NCBI GenBank assembly: GCA_049976365.1
Contig: JBMFIJ010000001.1
Location: 1-60,095 of the forward strand
Length of the DNA: 60,095 nucleotides
Reading direction: 5' to 3'
Origin: Candidatus Aenigmatarchaeota archaeon
GTDB lineage: Archaea; Aenigmatarchaeota; Aenigmatarchaeia; CG10238-14; SpSt-28
This document shows, in pieces, positions 8,179 to 16,993 of this stretch. How positions within the stretch are numbered: the first letter of the stretch is position 1; each line of letters starts with the position of its first letter. The translations under genes were made by a program, and so were the position numbers. The notes under the pieces are model-generated. The model saw only the letters and a list, made by a program, of their open reading frames with translations. It was not told the DNA's origin and did no database searches.

Positions 8179-8697
8179 TTATTCTTGAATCTCTATGCTA
8201 CACTTAGCTGGAATTTTATATCTGAATTTTTTTAGTGCTTGCTTTGCAATTTCTAAGAATTCCTTCTTAGTTTTAATTAGAACAATTTTTTCTCCAGGCT
8301 TTATTTGTAATGCAACGCCTGCAGGTCTCCCGAAAGCTAATCTCATTCCTTGTGAATATCTATCTGCTCCAGCACCAGTAGCAATTGGTTTCTCTCTAAT
8401 AACATGAAACGGATATTTTAAAATCATCATAAAATAGTTTTGGGGACCAATCTTTTTTTCAAGAAATTGATGTGCTACTACTCTTGCAGCTTCTAGTGCA
8501 TTATGTCTTATTTGTACACCATCTTTCGAAACTAAATATAGGGAAACATTTGCATCTAAATTTGGGTTACCCATTCTAAATTGATGAATTTTTGGAATTG
8601 GTACTCCAACGACATAACTTTTTCGAGGATTCTTTTGGCTAACTCTTGTATAAGGTCTTTCTAATCTTCTAACAGTTCTTCCAGGTCTTAGCGGCAT
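8179..8697 (-). CDS. rpl10e: 50S ribosomal protein L10e (uL16)
   Basis: MPLRPGRTVRRLERPYTRVS...GVPIPKIHQFRMGN is the typical L10e N-terminus; 172 aa. Confidence 0.9.
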   Translation of the reverse strand: MPLRPGRTVRRLERPYTRVSQKNPRKSYVVGVPIPKIHQFRMGNPNLDANVSLYLVSKDGVQIRHNALEAARVVAHQFLEKKIGPQNYFMMILKYPFHVIREKPIATGAGADRYSQGMRLAFGRPAGVALQIKPGEKIVLIKTKKEFLEIAKQALKKFRYKIPAKCSIEIQE

Positions 8698-8729
8698 TTT
8701 AAAAAATTGAAATATGGTTTTAAAAAAAT

Positions 8730-9656
8730 TTACTTATTCAGTCTTTCTAGAAGAGAAGAATATATAAAAGGTAATACAAGTGTAGCTTCAGCAAACAAAT
8801 TTACATTCTTTGCATTTTCTTTAATTTTCTTCCAACTTATTGCCTCTCTTGTTTGTGCTCCGCTTAAACTCCCATCTAATTCTGTTGCTGTTGTTATATA
8901 AACACAACAATCTAAACCATTTTTAAATTGATTCCACCAAATTGTATGATGTTTACTTATTCCACCGCCAATTATTAGAGCTCCTGTTTTTTCGGAATTC
9001 CAAATTAAATCACTTAAATACTGTTCGTCTTTCCATATATTAACATTAAAATCTTTATGGTCTTGCCAGAATTGCCATATTTGATAGCCAACAGCGCCAT
9101 CACTTATACCAGGTATAATTATTGGAATTTTATTTTTCCAAGACCAATAAAGTATAGAATCTTCTTTAAGTCTTCTGCCCAATTCCCAACAAAATTCGTA
9201 TGTAGCCAATTCTTTTTTTTCTGAATAAATTTCTTTAAGCCAACTCCTCATTTTTTCTTCAATTATTATTCCATAAGAATCAGTAGGTATTAATACATTC
9301 CCAAGCCTATTTATTTCTCTTTTTCTCAACTCTTTATCATTCATTAAAAAAGAACCTTGATAGTATTTTTTAAAGGATCTTGCTATATCATGATCTAAAG
9401 TTCCACAAGTTGTTATTATAACATCAAACCATTTGTTCTTTATCATATCTTTTATAATTCCTCTTGCTCCAGTAGAAATTATGTCAGCTGTAAATGAAAG
9501 AAACTTAACGCATTTTTTGTTCTTTATCATTTCTTCTAAAATATCTATAGCTTGTGAAAGATGGGGAGCCTGAAATCCTCCAGATTCTTTCATTTTTCTT
9601 ACAATAGAATCAACACTTTCATTTTTTTTAAAAGTTATATCTTTAACTTCTTTCAT
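8730..9656 (-). CDS. dys: Deoxyhypusine synthase
   Basis: 308 aa; DHS-like layout with GGGISKHH near the C-terminus and TTCGTLDHD. Confidence 0.8.
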   Translation of the reverse strand: MKEVKDITFKKNESVDSIVRKMKESGGFQAPHLSQAIDILEEMIKNKKCVKFLSFTADIISTGARGIIKDMIKNKWFDVIITTCGTLDHDIARSFKKYYQGSFLMNDKELRKREINRLGNVLIPTDSYGIIIEEKMRSWLKEIYSEKKELATYEFCWELGRRLKEDSILYWSWKNKIPIIIPGISDGAVGYQIWQFWQDHKDFNVNIWKDEQYLSDLIWNSEKTGALIIGGGISKHHTIWWNQFKNGLDCCVYITTATELDGSLSGAQTREAISWKKIKENAKNVNLFAEATLVLPFIYSSLLERLNK

Positions 9657-9705
9657 ATTGAATTTAGAAATTAAGTTTTTAAAATTGAAGAATAACTAAA
9701 ATTCT

Positions 9706-10098
9706 ATGGCAGTTTGGCAAAGAGGATTAAGAGGAAGAACTGAAACAGGAGCTAGAATGAAACCGGCTAGAAAAAAGAAGAAAAGAGAATTAGGTTCAGA
9801 ACCTACTAGAACAAAAATTGGAGAAGAAAAGAGAAAAATAGTAGATGCTTATGGTGGCAATAAAAAGATTAAATTGACAGCAGCAAGTTTTGCAAATGTT
9901 TTAGATCCAAAAGAAAAAAAGAGCTATAAGGTAAAAATATTAGATGTAGTTGAAAACCCATCTAATATAGATTATGCTAGAAGAAAAATTATAACAAAAG
10001 GCGCCATAATAAAGACTGAAATAGGTTTAGCAAAAGTCACCTCAAGACCAGGACAAGATGGTATAGTAAATGCTTTATTAATTGAAAGGAAATCTTAA
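9706..10098 (+). CDS. rps8e: 30S ribosomal protein S8e
   Basis: [30 protein letters not shown] is an S8e signature N-terminus; 130 aa. Confidence 0.85.
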   Translation: MAVWQRGLRGRTETGARMKPARKKKKRELGSEPTRTKIGEEKRKIVDAYGGNKKIKLTAASFANVLDPKEKKSYKVKILDVVENPSNIDYARRKIITKGAIIKTEIGLAKVTSRPGQDGIVNALLIERKS

Positions 10099-10134
10099 TA
10101 AAATATTTTTTAAACTTTACAAAATATTTTTATT

Positions 10135-10857
10135 ATGAAGAGAGTTAAAACGGGAATTCCTGGATTAGATGAGATTATTAATGGAGGAATACCAGAAAGA
10201 AATGTTGTTTTATTAAGCGGCGGTCCAGGAACAGGTAAGACAATTCTCTCTCAACAGTTTATTTGGAATGGTTTACAACAAAATGAATCAGGAATATATG
10301 TAGCATTAGAAGAGCATCCAGTTCAAATAAGACAAAATATGTTACAGTTTGGTTGGAATGTAAAACCGTTTGAAGAAAAAGGAAAATTTGCTTTAGTTGA
10401 TGCATTCACAGCAGGCATAGGAAAATCAAAAGAATACGAAAAATATGTGGTTAGCGATTTGGGAGATGTTAGAGATTTAATAGATGTTCTAAGTTTGGCT
10501 GTTAAAGAAATAAATGCACAAAGAGTTGTAATTGATTCAGTAACGAGTTTATACATGAATAAGCCTGCAATGGCAAGAGGAATAATTTTACAATTGAAAA
10601 GAGTTTTAGCAGGCTTAGGCTGCACAACTATTTTTGTTAGTCAAATAAGCGTTGGAGAGATTGGATTTGGAGGACCAGGAGTAGAACATGGTGTAGATGG
10701 AATAATAAGATTGGATTTGGATGAAATCGATGGAGAACTAAAAAGAAGTTTGATTGTTTGGAAAATGAGAGGAACAAGTCATAGCATGAAAAGGCACCCA
10801 TTCGAAATAACTGATAAAGGAATTGTTGTTCATTCTAAGGAGGTTTTGAAATTATGA
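10135..10857 (+). CDS. KaiC/RadA-like single-domain RecA-superfamily ATPase
   Basis: [34 protein letters not shown] (Walker A), VVIDSVTSL (Walker B); 240 aa. Confidence 0.75.
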   Translation: MKRVKTGIPGLDEIINGGIPERNVVLLSGGPGTGKTILSQQFIWNGLQQNESGIYVALEEHPVQIRQNMLQFGWNVKPFEEKGKFALVDAFTAGIGKSKEYEKYVVSDLGDVRDLIDVLSLAVKEINAQRVVIDSVTSLYMNKPAMARGIILQLKRVLAGLGCTTIFVSQISVGEIGFGGPGVEHGVDGIIRLDLDEIDGELKRSLIVWKMRGTSHSMKRHPFEITDKGIVVHSKEVLKL

Positions 10858-11315
10858 ATGAAATACCTTTAAATCCTCTCGGTAAAAAAGACATCCATCA
10901 GCTAGAAAGTTTACTTTTAACATTAACACTTTTTAGACCAGAAGTTATAGATACTATAAGAACTTCTAGCGAAAGATTAACTTGGGTCGATAGTTTAGCA
11001 GTTGCTGCAGGATCTTTAGCTAGAGAGAAAGCTAAAATGAGTGTTAGAGAAATAGCTGAAGAGTTAGGTAGAACAGAAGAAACTGTAAGAAAACATCTTA
11101 AAGGGGAAACAAAAGCAGGTAAATTAATTAATGAAACTTATGAAATGTTGAAAAAATATGTTAAAGAAGGTAAAACAGAAGAAATTCTATTTGCTTTATT
11201 TTCAGAAAGAGCAAAGGAAACAGAAGAAAGAATTAAGCAGCTAGAAAAGGAAAATGAAGAACTAAAAGCTAAATTAAGGAAAATTAAGCAAGAGCTAGAA
11301 GGATTAAACCTATAG
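10854..11315 (+). CDS. HTH plus coiled-coil protein, translationally coupled to the KaiC-like ATPase
   Basis: ATGA start/stop overlap with the upstream gene. HTH-like [23 protein letters not shown]; C-terminal heptad-rich [26 protein letters not shown]. Confidence 0.5.
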   Translation: MNEIPLNPLGKKDIHQLESLLLTLTLFRPEVIDTIRTSSERLTWVDSLAVAAGSLAREKAKMSVREIAEELGRTEETVRKHLKGETKAGKLINETYEMLKKYVKEGKTEEILFALFSERAKETEERIKQLEKENEELKAKLRKIKQELEGLNL

Positions 11316-11347
11316 CTTTTTATTTTTCTTTTTTAAATTTTTTTCTC

Positions 11348-12652
11348 ATGAGAAATGAAAAAAGAATAAAATATTCAACATTCTTTTCGTCTTTAGCGGG
11401 AAGTCTATTTTCTCCATTTTTGACTTTATATGCTTTGTATTTAGGTGCATCAAATTTTCAAATAGGTTTGATATCTTCATTAACATCAATATTTGCAATA
11501 ATAGCTCAGTTATTAGGAACGCCTATAATAGAATCAACTAGGAAAAAAATTTTGCTGTATATTATTTTTAATTCAATTGGATATCTCTTTTTTATACCGA
11601 TATCTTTAATAAACAATTCTATCCACTTGCTATTTTTAATTTCCCTCCAAACCTTTTTCTTTTCTTTTCCTTTGCAAGTTTGGAATGAAACTTTAGTTAA
11701 AATTTTTCCAAAGTGGAGAAGAGGGAGAGATATAGGTCTTATTAATAAAATAGGTAGTTTGGGAAGTTTAATAGCTTACATTGCAGCTGGATATATTATA
11801 AGAAAATTTGGCTTTATTCCTTATTTGTTTTATGCAGCAACGTTCTTTGGCTTATTGAGCGACATAGTTCTAATTGGTATGAAAGAGGGAATTTCCAGGA
11901 ATAAGGAAATATTTTCATCTTTGAAAGAAACTTTTTCATTTAATATTTTAAGAGAAAAGAATTTCAAAAATCTAATACTGATAATCTTTATCTTTAATTT
12001 TTCTGTATCTATAGGTGCTCCTATGTTTTCTGTATATTTGATAAAAAATCTAAAGGCTGACAGTCTTCAACTTTCTTTGGTTTCAATAATAAGCTTAATA
12101 GTTACTCTGGTTTTTTCTGAGGCATGGGGTTTTGTTATAGATTTTGTTGGTAGAAAAAAGGCTATATTGGCAAGCCTTCCGCTAATTTCCTTTTATCCTT
12201 TATTTTATGTTTTTTCTGCTAAAATGTCAGAAATATACTTTTTTACAATTATTGGTCAAATGGGATGGGTAGCTTTCAATCTTGCTATATTTTCTTACCT
12301 AAGTGATATAAGCGAGGATTCAGTTAGTAGAAAATTTATGTTTTTTAACGTCTTTTCTTCCATTGCTTCATCTCTTGGGTCTTTTATCTCAGGTCTTTTA
12401 GCAGAAAAAATAGGAGTTATATCAGTATTAAAAATATCTTTTTTGATGAGATTGTTTTCTTCCTTCTTCTTTTTTAAATTGGGAGAAGAAAAAGGATATA
12501 TACCAAGAGGATTCTTCTCTTTTCTATCTCCATACACAATATCTTCTTATATAGAGTCATTCGTCTCTGTTTATTCTCTAGTTTTAAAGGAAACAAGAAA
12601 GACTGTTATAGATAGAATAGCTAAAAAACTTGAAGAAATGCTTATGAAATAA
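11348..12652 (+). CDS. MFS-type transporter
   Basis: 434 aa with about 12 predicted TM segments in two halves and a WRRGRD-like loop motif after TM2/3. Confidence 0.6.
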   Translation: MRNEKRIKYSTFFSSLAGSLFSPFLTLYALYLGASNFQIGLISSLTSIFAIIAQLLGTPIIESTRKKILLYIIFNSIGYLFFIPISLINNSIHLLFLISLQTFFFSFPLQVWNETLVKIFPKWRRGRDIGLINKIGSLGSLIAYIAAGYIIRKFGFIPYLFYAATFFGLLSDIVLIGMKEGISRNKEIFSSLKETFSFNILREKNFKNLILIIFIFNFSVSIGAPMFSVYLIKNLKADSLQLSLVSIISLIVTLVFSEAWGFVIDFVGRKKAILASLPLISFYPLFYVFSAKMSEIYFFTIIGQMGWVAFNLAIFSYLSDISEDSVSRKFMFFNVFSSIASSLGSFISGLLAEKIGVISVLKISFLMRLFSSFFFFKLGEEKGYIPRGFFSFLSPYTISSYIESFVSVYSLVLKETRKTVIDRIAKKLEEMLMK

Positions 12653-12682
12653 ACTTTATTAACTCTATTATCAAGTTATCGT

Positions 12683-13306
12683 ATGAATGAAACATTATTT
12701 TTGAACGAAATCTATACTTCATTTGTTAACTATATTCCAAACTTAATTGCTTTTTTTATTTTAATTTTTCTAGGTTGGGGAATAGGAAAAATTGTAGGAA
12801 AAATATTTGAAGAAATAATAAAACGATCTAAAATTGAAAAAATCATTTTTAGGGAAAAGAAGCCAATTATTTCCCTTACTTCCTTCTTCTCTTTATTGGC
12901 TTCTTGGAGCATTTATCTTATTTTCATTCAGGCTGCTGTAGAAGTTTTAGGAATTAAAGTAATATCTGATATAATTTCATCAATCGTTAATTACATACCA
13001 AGGATATTTCTTTTTTCTGTAGTAATGATAGTTGGTTATGTTTTTTCTGAGTACTTAAGAGTCGAAATAGAAAAAAACAAAATAAAATTTAAGGAATTGA
13101 TATCTAGAATAGTATTTTGGATAGGAATTTATGTGTCTCTTCTAATAGCTTTACCAATTCTAGGAATAAGAACTTTTATTCTAGAAATATTGCTTGTTAT
13201 TCTTGTGTTAAGTGTTAGCTTACCATTTTCGGTTGCCTTTACTCTAGTTTTAAAGGATGAATTAAAAAAGGATATAAAAAAGTGGATGAAAAAAGTTAGA
13301 ATTTAA
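12683..13306 (+). CDS. Membrane protein (conserved TM-helix repeat, MscS-related-like)
   Basis: 207 aa; repeated NYIPxxIxF TM-helix units (VNYIPNLIAFFIL, VNYIPRIFLFSVV). Confidence 0.45.
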   Translation: MNETLFLNEIYTSFVNYIPNLIAFFILIFLGWGIGKIVGKIFEEIIKRSKIEKIIFREKKPIISLTSFFSLLASWSIYLIFIQAAVEVLGIKVISDIISSIVNYIPRIFLFSVVMIVGYVFSEYLRVEIEKNKIKFKELISRIVFWIGIYVSLLIALPILGIRTFILEILLVILVLSVSLPFSVAFTLVLKDELKKDIKKWMKKVRI

Positions 13307-13328
13307 ACTTTGGTTAAAATTATAGTTA

Positions 13329-14057
13329 ATGAAAAGAGAACCAGCAATTAAGGTTAGAATAAAAGACATAGTTAGCGGAAAATTTTTTCAAGGAAATAAA
13401 GATGAAATGAAGCCGAGTTTTTTAATAACTCCGCTTGGGCAAAAAATCTCAAGAGTAAATGTTTTGGCAACAGTAACAGATAAGTTTTTAAGTGAAGATG
13501 AAAGTTATATTTCTTTTGTATTAGATGACGGAACATCATCTATAAGAGCTAAAGGTTTTAGAGAGAAAGTTGATTATATGAAAAAAATAGAAATTGGAGA
13601 TAGAGTTATAGTGATTGGAAAATTGAGGGAATGGAATGGTGAGATCTACATAAATGTTGAGATTATAAGAAAAGTTGATGATCCAAATTATGAAACTTAT
13701 AGAAAGTTGGAAATCCTTAAGGAAATAATTCCTTATAAAAAAATGATAACAGAATTAAAAAACATGAGAGAAAGAATGAGTGAGGAAGAATTTATTAATG
13801 AAGCAAAAAAAAGATTTGGGCTAGATGAAGAGATTATTTCTTTTGTTTTGGAAAAGAAGGTTGAAGAGAAAAAAGATTATAAAAGCGAGATAATAAAGCT
13901 GTTGAAAGAGCTAGATACTGGAGAAGGAGTAGAAATTTTTAAAATTTTCGAAATCGTAACAATTCCTTCTCAGGAAGTAGATTCAGTTTTAACAGAGCTT
14001 TTAAATGAAGGAAAGATTATTGAAATATCCCCAGGAAGAATAAAGGTGATAGCATGA
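13329..14057 (+). CDS. RPA32/Stn1-like OB-fold ssDNA-binding protein with C-terminal winged helix
   Basis: OB-fold core RVNVLATVTDKF...SFVLDDGTSSIRAKGF...GDRVIVIGKLREWNGEIYINVEII; C-terminal wHTH-like VDSVLTELLNEGKIIEISPGRIKV. Confidence 0.55.
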   Translation: MKREPAIKVRIKDIVSGKFFQGNKDEMKPSFLITPLGQKISRVNVLATVTDKFLSEDESYISFVLDDGTSSIRAKGFREKVDYMKKIEIGDRVIVIGKLREWNGEIYINVEIIRKVDDPNYETYRKLEILKEIIPYKKMITELKNMRERMSEEEFINEAKKRFGLDEEIISFVLEKKVEEKKDYKSEIIKLLKELDTGEGVEIFKIFEIVTIPSQEVDSVLTELLNEGKIIEISPGRIKVIA

Positions 14058-14452
14058 ATTACGAGGATATGCTCGAAGAAGCTTTTAAAAAGATTGTAAA
14101 GAAAGATTTTCAATCAAGATTTCAGATTCCTCAAATAGAGGCTGAAGTTCAACCTAATAGAATAATAATCAAAAATTTCAAAAAAATTGCTGAATATCTT
14201 AGAAGAGATGAAAAACATATAGCTAGATATCTGTTAAAAAATACGGCTTCTTCGGGTGAAATAAGCGGGGAATATCTTGTTATAAATAAAAAAATTAAAG
14301 TAGAGGTTGTGCAGAAAAAATTGGAAGATTATATAAAATTGTTTGTCATATGTAAAGTTTGTGGTCAACCAGATACACGATTAATAAAAGAAGGAAGAAC
14401 ATATATGATAAACTGTGATGCATGCGGTGCTAGGTATGCCATTAAAGAATGA
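14054..14452 (+). CDS. eif2b: Translation initiation factor aIF2 beta subunit
   Basis: 132 aa; C-terminal zinc ribbon CKVCGQPDT...CDACG and the N-terminal MNYEDMLEEAFKKI pattern. Confidence 0.85.
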   Translation: MNYEDMLEEAFKKIVKKDFQSRFQIPQIEAEVQPNRIIIKNFKKIAEYLRRDEKHIARYLLKNTASSGEISGEYLVINKKIKVEVVQKKLEDYIKLFVICKVCGQPDTRLIKEGRTYMINCDACGARYAIKE

Positions 14453-14747
14453 GTTTTGGTGTAAGGTAATTAAAACAAAGTTTGATTTTTTAGTGGCAAT
14501 TTGCGATAAGGATTTGCTCGGTAAATCTCTAGAAGTTGAAAAGGGCCTAAAGATTAAAATAAGCGAGAGGTTTTATAAGGAAAAGATTATTGATGAAAGA
14601 GAGGCAATAACTTTAATGAAGAAAGCAACCATTGGAAACCTTTTTGGAGAAAATATAGTAAAATTAGCGGTAGAGAATAACTTTATTTCTGAGGAAAATA
14701 TAATTTACATAGATGGGGTACCACATGCGCAATTTGTTAAAATATAA
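14415..14747 (+). CDS. DUF424-like protein; the start is probably internal, e.g. 14436
   Basis: VAICDKDLLGKSLE...ITLMKKATIGNLFGENIV resembles the DUF424 family, which commonly follows aIF2-beta in archaea. Confidence 0.5.
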   Translation: MMHAVLGMPLKNEFWCKVIKTKFDFLVAICDKDLLGKSLEVEKGLKIKISERFYKEKIIDEREAITLMKKATIGNLFGENIVKLAVENNFISEENIIYIDGVPHAQFVKI

Positions 14748-15126
14748 GAAGGGTCAGTTTTTCATAATTTCTATAGTTTCACTATCTATAGTTTTATACG
14801 CGATAAGCAAAATAATTTTTCCTCCAGTTATAATTGATACATCTTCTGTAGCTTTAAGGGACGATTTCTTCGTTTTTAACAATATAGTCGAAAAAAGCTT
14901 ACAAACCATAAACCTAAGTAAAAGCTGTGATGATCTGACTTACAATTTGCAAGAGTTAAAGGAAATAATTAAAAAAAGTTATGCACCAAGATTCAGAGTA
15001 GAATATGAGTATAATATAATAAGTTGTAATGATGTTAGTAGAACTGCAAATATAGGCTTTAATATTTCTCTCTATTCTCCAGACTCCTTTATACAAACTA
15101 ATTTTACAAAAATTGTAAATTGGTAG
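14713..15126 (+). CDS. Class III signal peptide (archaeal type IV pilin-like) protein; likely start 14725
   Basis: N-terminus MRNLLKYKKG/QFFIISIVSLSIVLYAI: a short basic leader, KG-Q junction and hydrophobic helix. Confidence 0.5.
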   Translation: MGYHMRNLLKYKKGQFFIISIVSLSIVLYAISKIIFPPVIIDTSSVALRDDFFVFNNIVEKSLQTINLSKSCDDLTYNLQELKEIIKKSYAPRFRVEYEYNIISCNDVSRTANIGFNISLYSPDSFIQTNFTKIVNW

Positions 15127-15378
15127 GGTGTGCCTGCCATAACCCACCTTCTGTTCAGGGCAGCATTCGTCTAAGCGCCTTAAAGGCTTGCATCTCATCG
15201 ATTGTGTAGGTCCGTTTCACCCTTTTGTAAGCAACTCATATTTTAATCATCGTTATCGCTTACAAAAGGTCTCGTTTCTGATACCTACACAGGGCTTCTC
15301 AGCCCTTTTAATCTCGATGGGTGGAATTTCCTCACCCTTGCTTTTGGGCAAGGGCGAAGCTGCCCAGCAGGCTCACCC
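15126..15378 (-). ncRNA. rnpB: RNase P RNA (compact, about 253 nt, type A-like)
   Basis: The reverse strand reads:
- P1: GGGUGAGCCUGC, pairing with GCAGGCACACCC at the 3' end.
- P2: GGGCAGC/GCUGCCC.
- CR-I: GAGGAAAUUCCACC.
- CR-II/III: AGGGUGAAACGGAC.
- CR-V: ACAGAAGGUGGGUUAUGG.
The region is a GC-rich island. Confidence 0.85.
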
Positions 15379-15397
15379 AAAAAAAGTAATTTTTTTA

Positions 15398-15412
15398 AAT
15401 ATTTAAGCTTTA
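15398..15412 (-). promoter_or_regulatory. BRE/TATA promoter of the RNase P RNA
   Basis: The reverse strand reads AAAGCTTAAATATTT, with the TATA centre about 25 nt upstream of the predicted 5' G at 15378. Confidence 0.5.
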
Positions 15413-15427
15413 ATTTCAATCTCTTTA

Positions 15428-16447
15428 ATGGCTGGAAAGGAAATAACCATAAAAATACCAAGTTTTAGCCTGAAAAACAACTTTTGGAAAATATTGTCTC
15501 TGTTATTATTAGTTGTTTTAATTGGAACGAATTATCAAATAATTTCAGGTAGATTTTTGAGTTCGTACTCATCTCCACAAGAAATAGGTAAAAAAGTTAT
15601 AGATTTTATAAACAACAATTTAGTACAACCTGGAACTTCAGCCGAATTAATTAATGTAAGTGATAAAGGAAGCTATTATGAAATTTGGACGAAGTATAGG
15701 GGCACAGAAATTCCAGTGTATGCAACAAAAGACGGTAAAACATTATTTTTACAGGCTATTGAGATTAAAGAAACTATAACTCAAGCAACAGAAACTCAAA
15801 CAAATAAAGCTCAATCGTCTCCAAACATTCCTAAAAGAGATATACCAGATGTAAAAGTATTTATAATGAGTTATTGTCCATTTGGTATTCAAGCTGTTAA
15901 AGCGTTATTACCAGTTATGAAACTTTTAGATGGAAAGGCAAATATTTCTATTCATTACGTTTATTATGTAATGCATGGAGAAAAAGAGGTATATGAGAAT
16001 TTGAGGCAGTATTGTATACAAAAGGATCAAAGAGAAAAGTTTTATGATTATATGTTATGCTTTGTTCAAAGCGGAGATTATCAAAAATGTATTAATGAAG
16101 CAAAAATAGATGTTAATAAGTTGAATCTTTGCATGAATGAAACCGATGCTAAGTTTAATGTAACAAAGAATTATAAAGACAAAAGTAGTTGGTTAAATGG
16201 ATACTATCCTTTATTCTTAGTTGAAAAGGATTTGAATGATAAATATAATGTTGGAGGATCACCAACGATAATAATTAATGATCAGGAAGTTAGTATAAAC
16301 AGATCACCAGAAGCATTTAAGGAAGCTATATGCAGCGCTTTCACTAATCCTCCAGCAGAGTGCAACGAAAAACTTTCTAGTGAAGTAGCATCTCCAGGAA
16401 TAGGTCCATTAACTGGCGGTTCTAGTTCGAGTGGCTCTTGTGGTTAA
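15428..16447 (+). CDS. Membrane-anchored extracytoplasmic DsbA/thioredoxin-fold protein (monothiol CPFG site)
   Basis: N-terminal TM anchor; thioredoxin-fold start VKVFIMSYCPFGIQAV; several further Cys; GGSPTIIIN (cis-Pro loop-like); Ser/Gly tail. Confidence 0.55.
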   Translation: MAGKEITIKIPSFSLKNNFWKILSLLLLVVLIGTNYQIISGRFLSSYSSPQEIGKKVIDFINNNLVQPGTSAELINVSDKGSYYEIWTKYRGTEIPVYATKDGKTLFLQAIEIKETITQATETQTNKAQSSPNIPKRDIPDVKVFIMSYCPFGIQAVKALLPVMKLLDGKANISIHYVYYVMHGEKEVYENLRQYCIQKDQREKFYDYMLCFVQSGDYQKCINEAKIDVNKLNLCMNETDAKFNVTKNYKDKSSWLNGYYPLFLVEKDLNDKYNVGGSPTIIINDQEVSINRSPEAFKEAICSAFTNPPAECNEKLSSEVASPGIGPLTGGSSSSGSCG

Positions 16448-16449
16448 AA

Positions 16450-16962
16450 TTAGCTAACTAATATCTTTCTAAATTCTTCTTTTAATTTTATAATGTTCGT
16501 CTTTCCGTATTTTTCCTTAGTAATTATCCCTCTTTTAATAAGTTTTTCTATTACTCTATATGAATTTACCTTTCCAATATTTCTAGAAATTTTTGATTGC
16601 GTTATTTTACCATCGTTTTCTATCAACATTTTTATTACCAGGCTTTCACTTGGTTCGAATATTTTTAGCAATAGACTAAAATCTTTATTTTCTCCTTTTG
16701 TAAAATGCTGTGAAAATATGTAAAAGGAAATCAAACCAATAAGTATACCAAAAGAAGAAAACATCGGTATTAAAAGAGGAATTGGTAGTGTGCAAGAACA
16801 AGCTTTACCTTCAATTATTTGAGTCTGCGCATATAATGTTGCAAAAGAAACTGCAAATATAAATCCAGAAAGAATAGCCCCAAAAACTAGAATTATTTTT
16901 CTACCCAGCTTCATATTTAGTATTTGGCCTTTATTTATATAGGTTTCACTTTTTGAAACCAA
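16450..16962 (-). CDS. Membrane-tethered winged-helix transcriptional regulator; likely start 16914
   Basis: Two TM helices bracket a loop with KACSC, followed by a MarR/TrmB-like wHTH: LVIKMLIENDGKITQSKISRNIGKVNSYRVIEKLIKRGIITKE. Confidence 0.55.
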   Translation of the reverse strand: MVSKSETYINKGQILNMKLGRKIILVFGAILSGFIFAVSFATLYAQTQIIEGKACSCTLPIPLLIPMFSSFGILIGLISFYIFSQHFTKGENKDFSLLLKIFEPSESLVIKMLIENDGKITQSKISRNIGKVNSYRVIEKLIKRGIITKEKYGKTNIIKLKEEFRKILVS

Positions 16963-16993
16963 ATTATATATATGGTTTCAGCTAATATTTTCA

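Noticed and set aside
15188-15406. A 72-aa ORF on the plus strand.
   Set aside because: It is antisense to the RNase P RNA. The region has clear CR-I/CR-V motifs and P1/P2 pairing, so it is an RNA gene and not coding.
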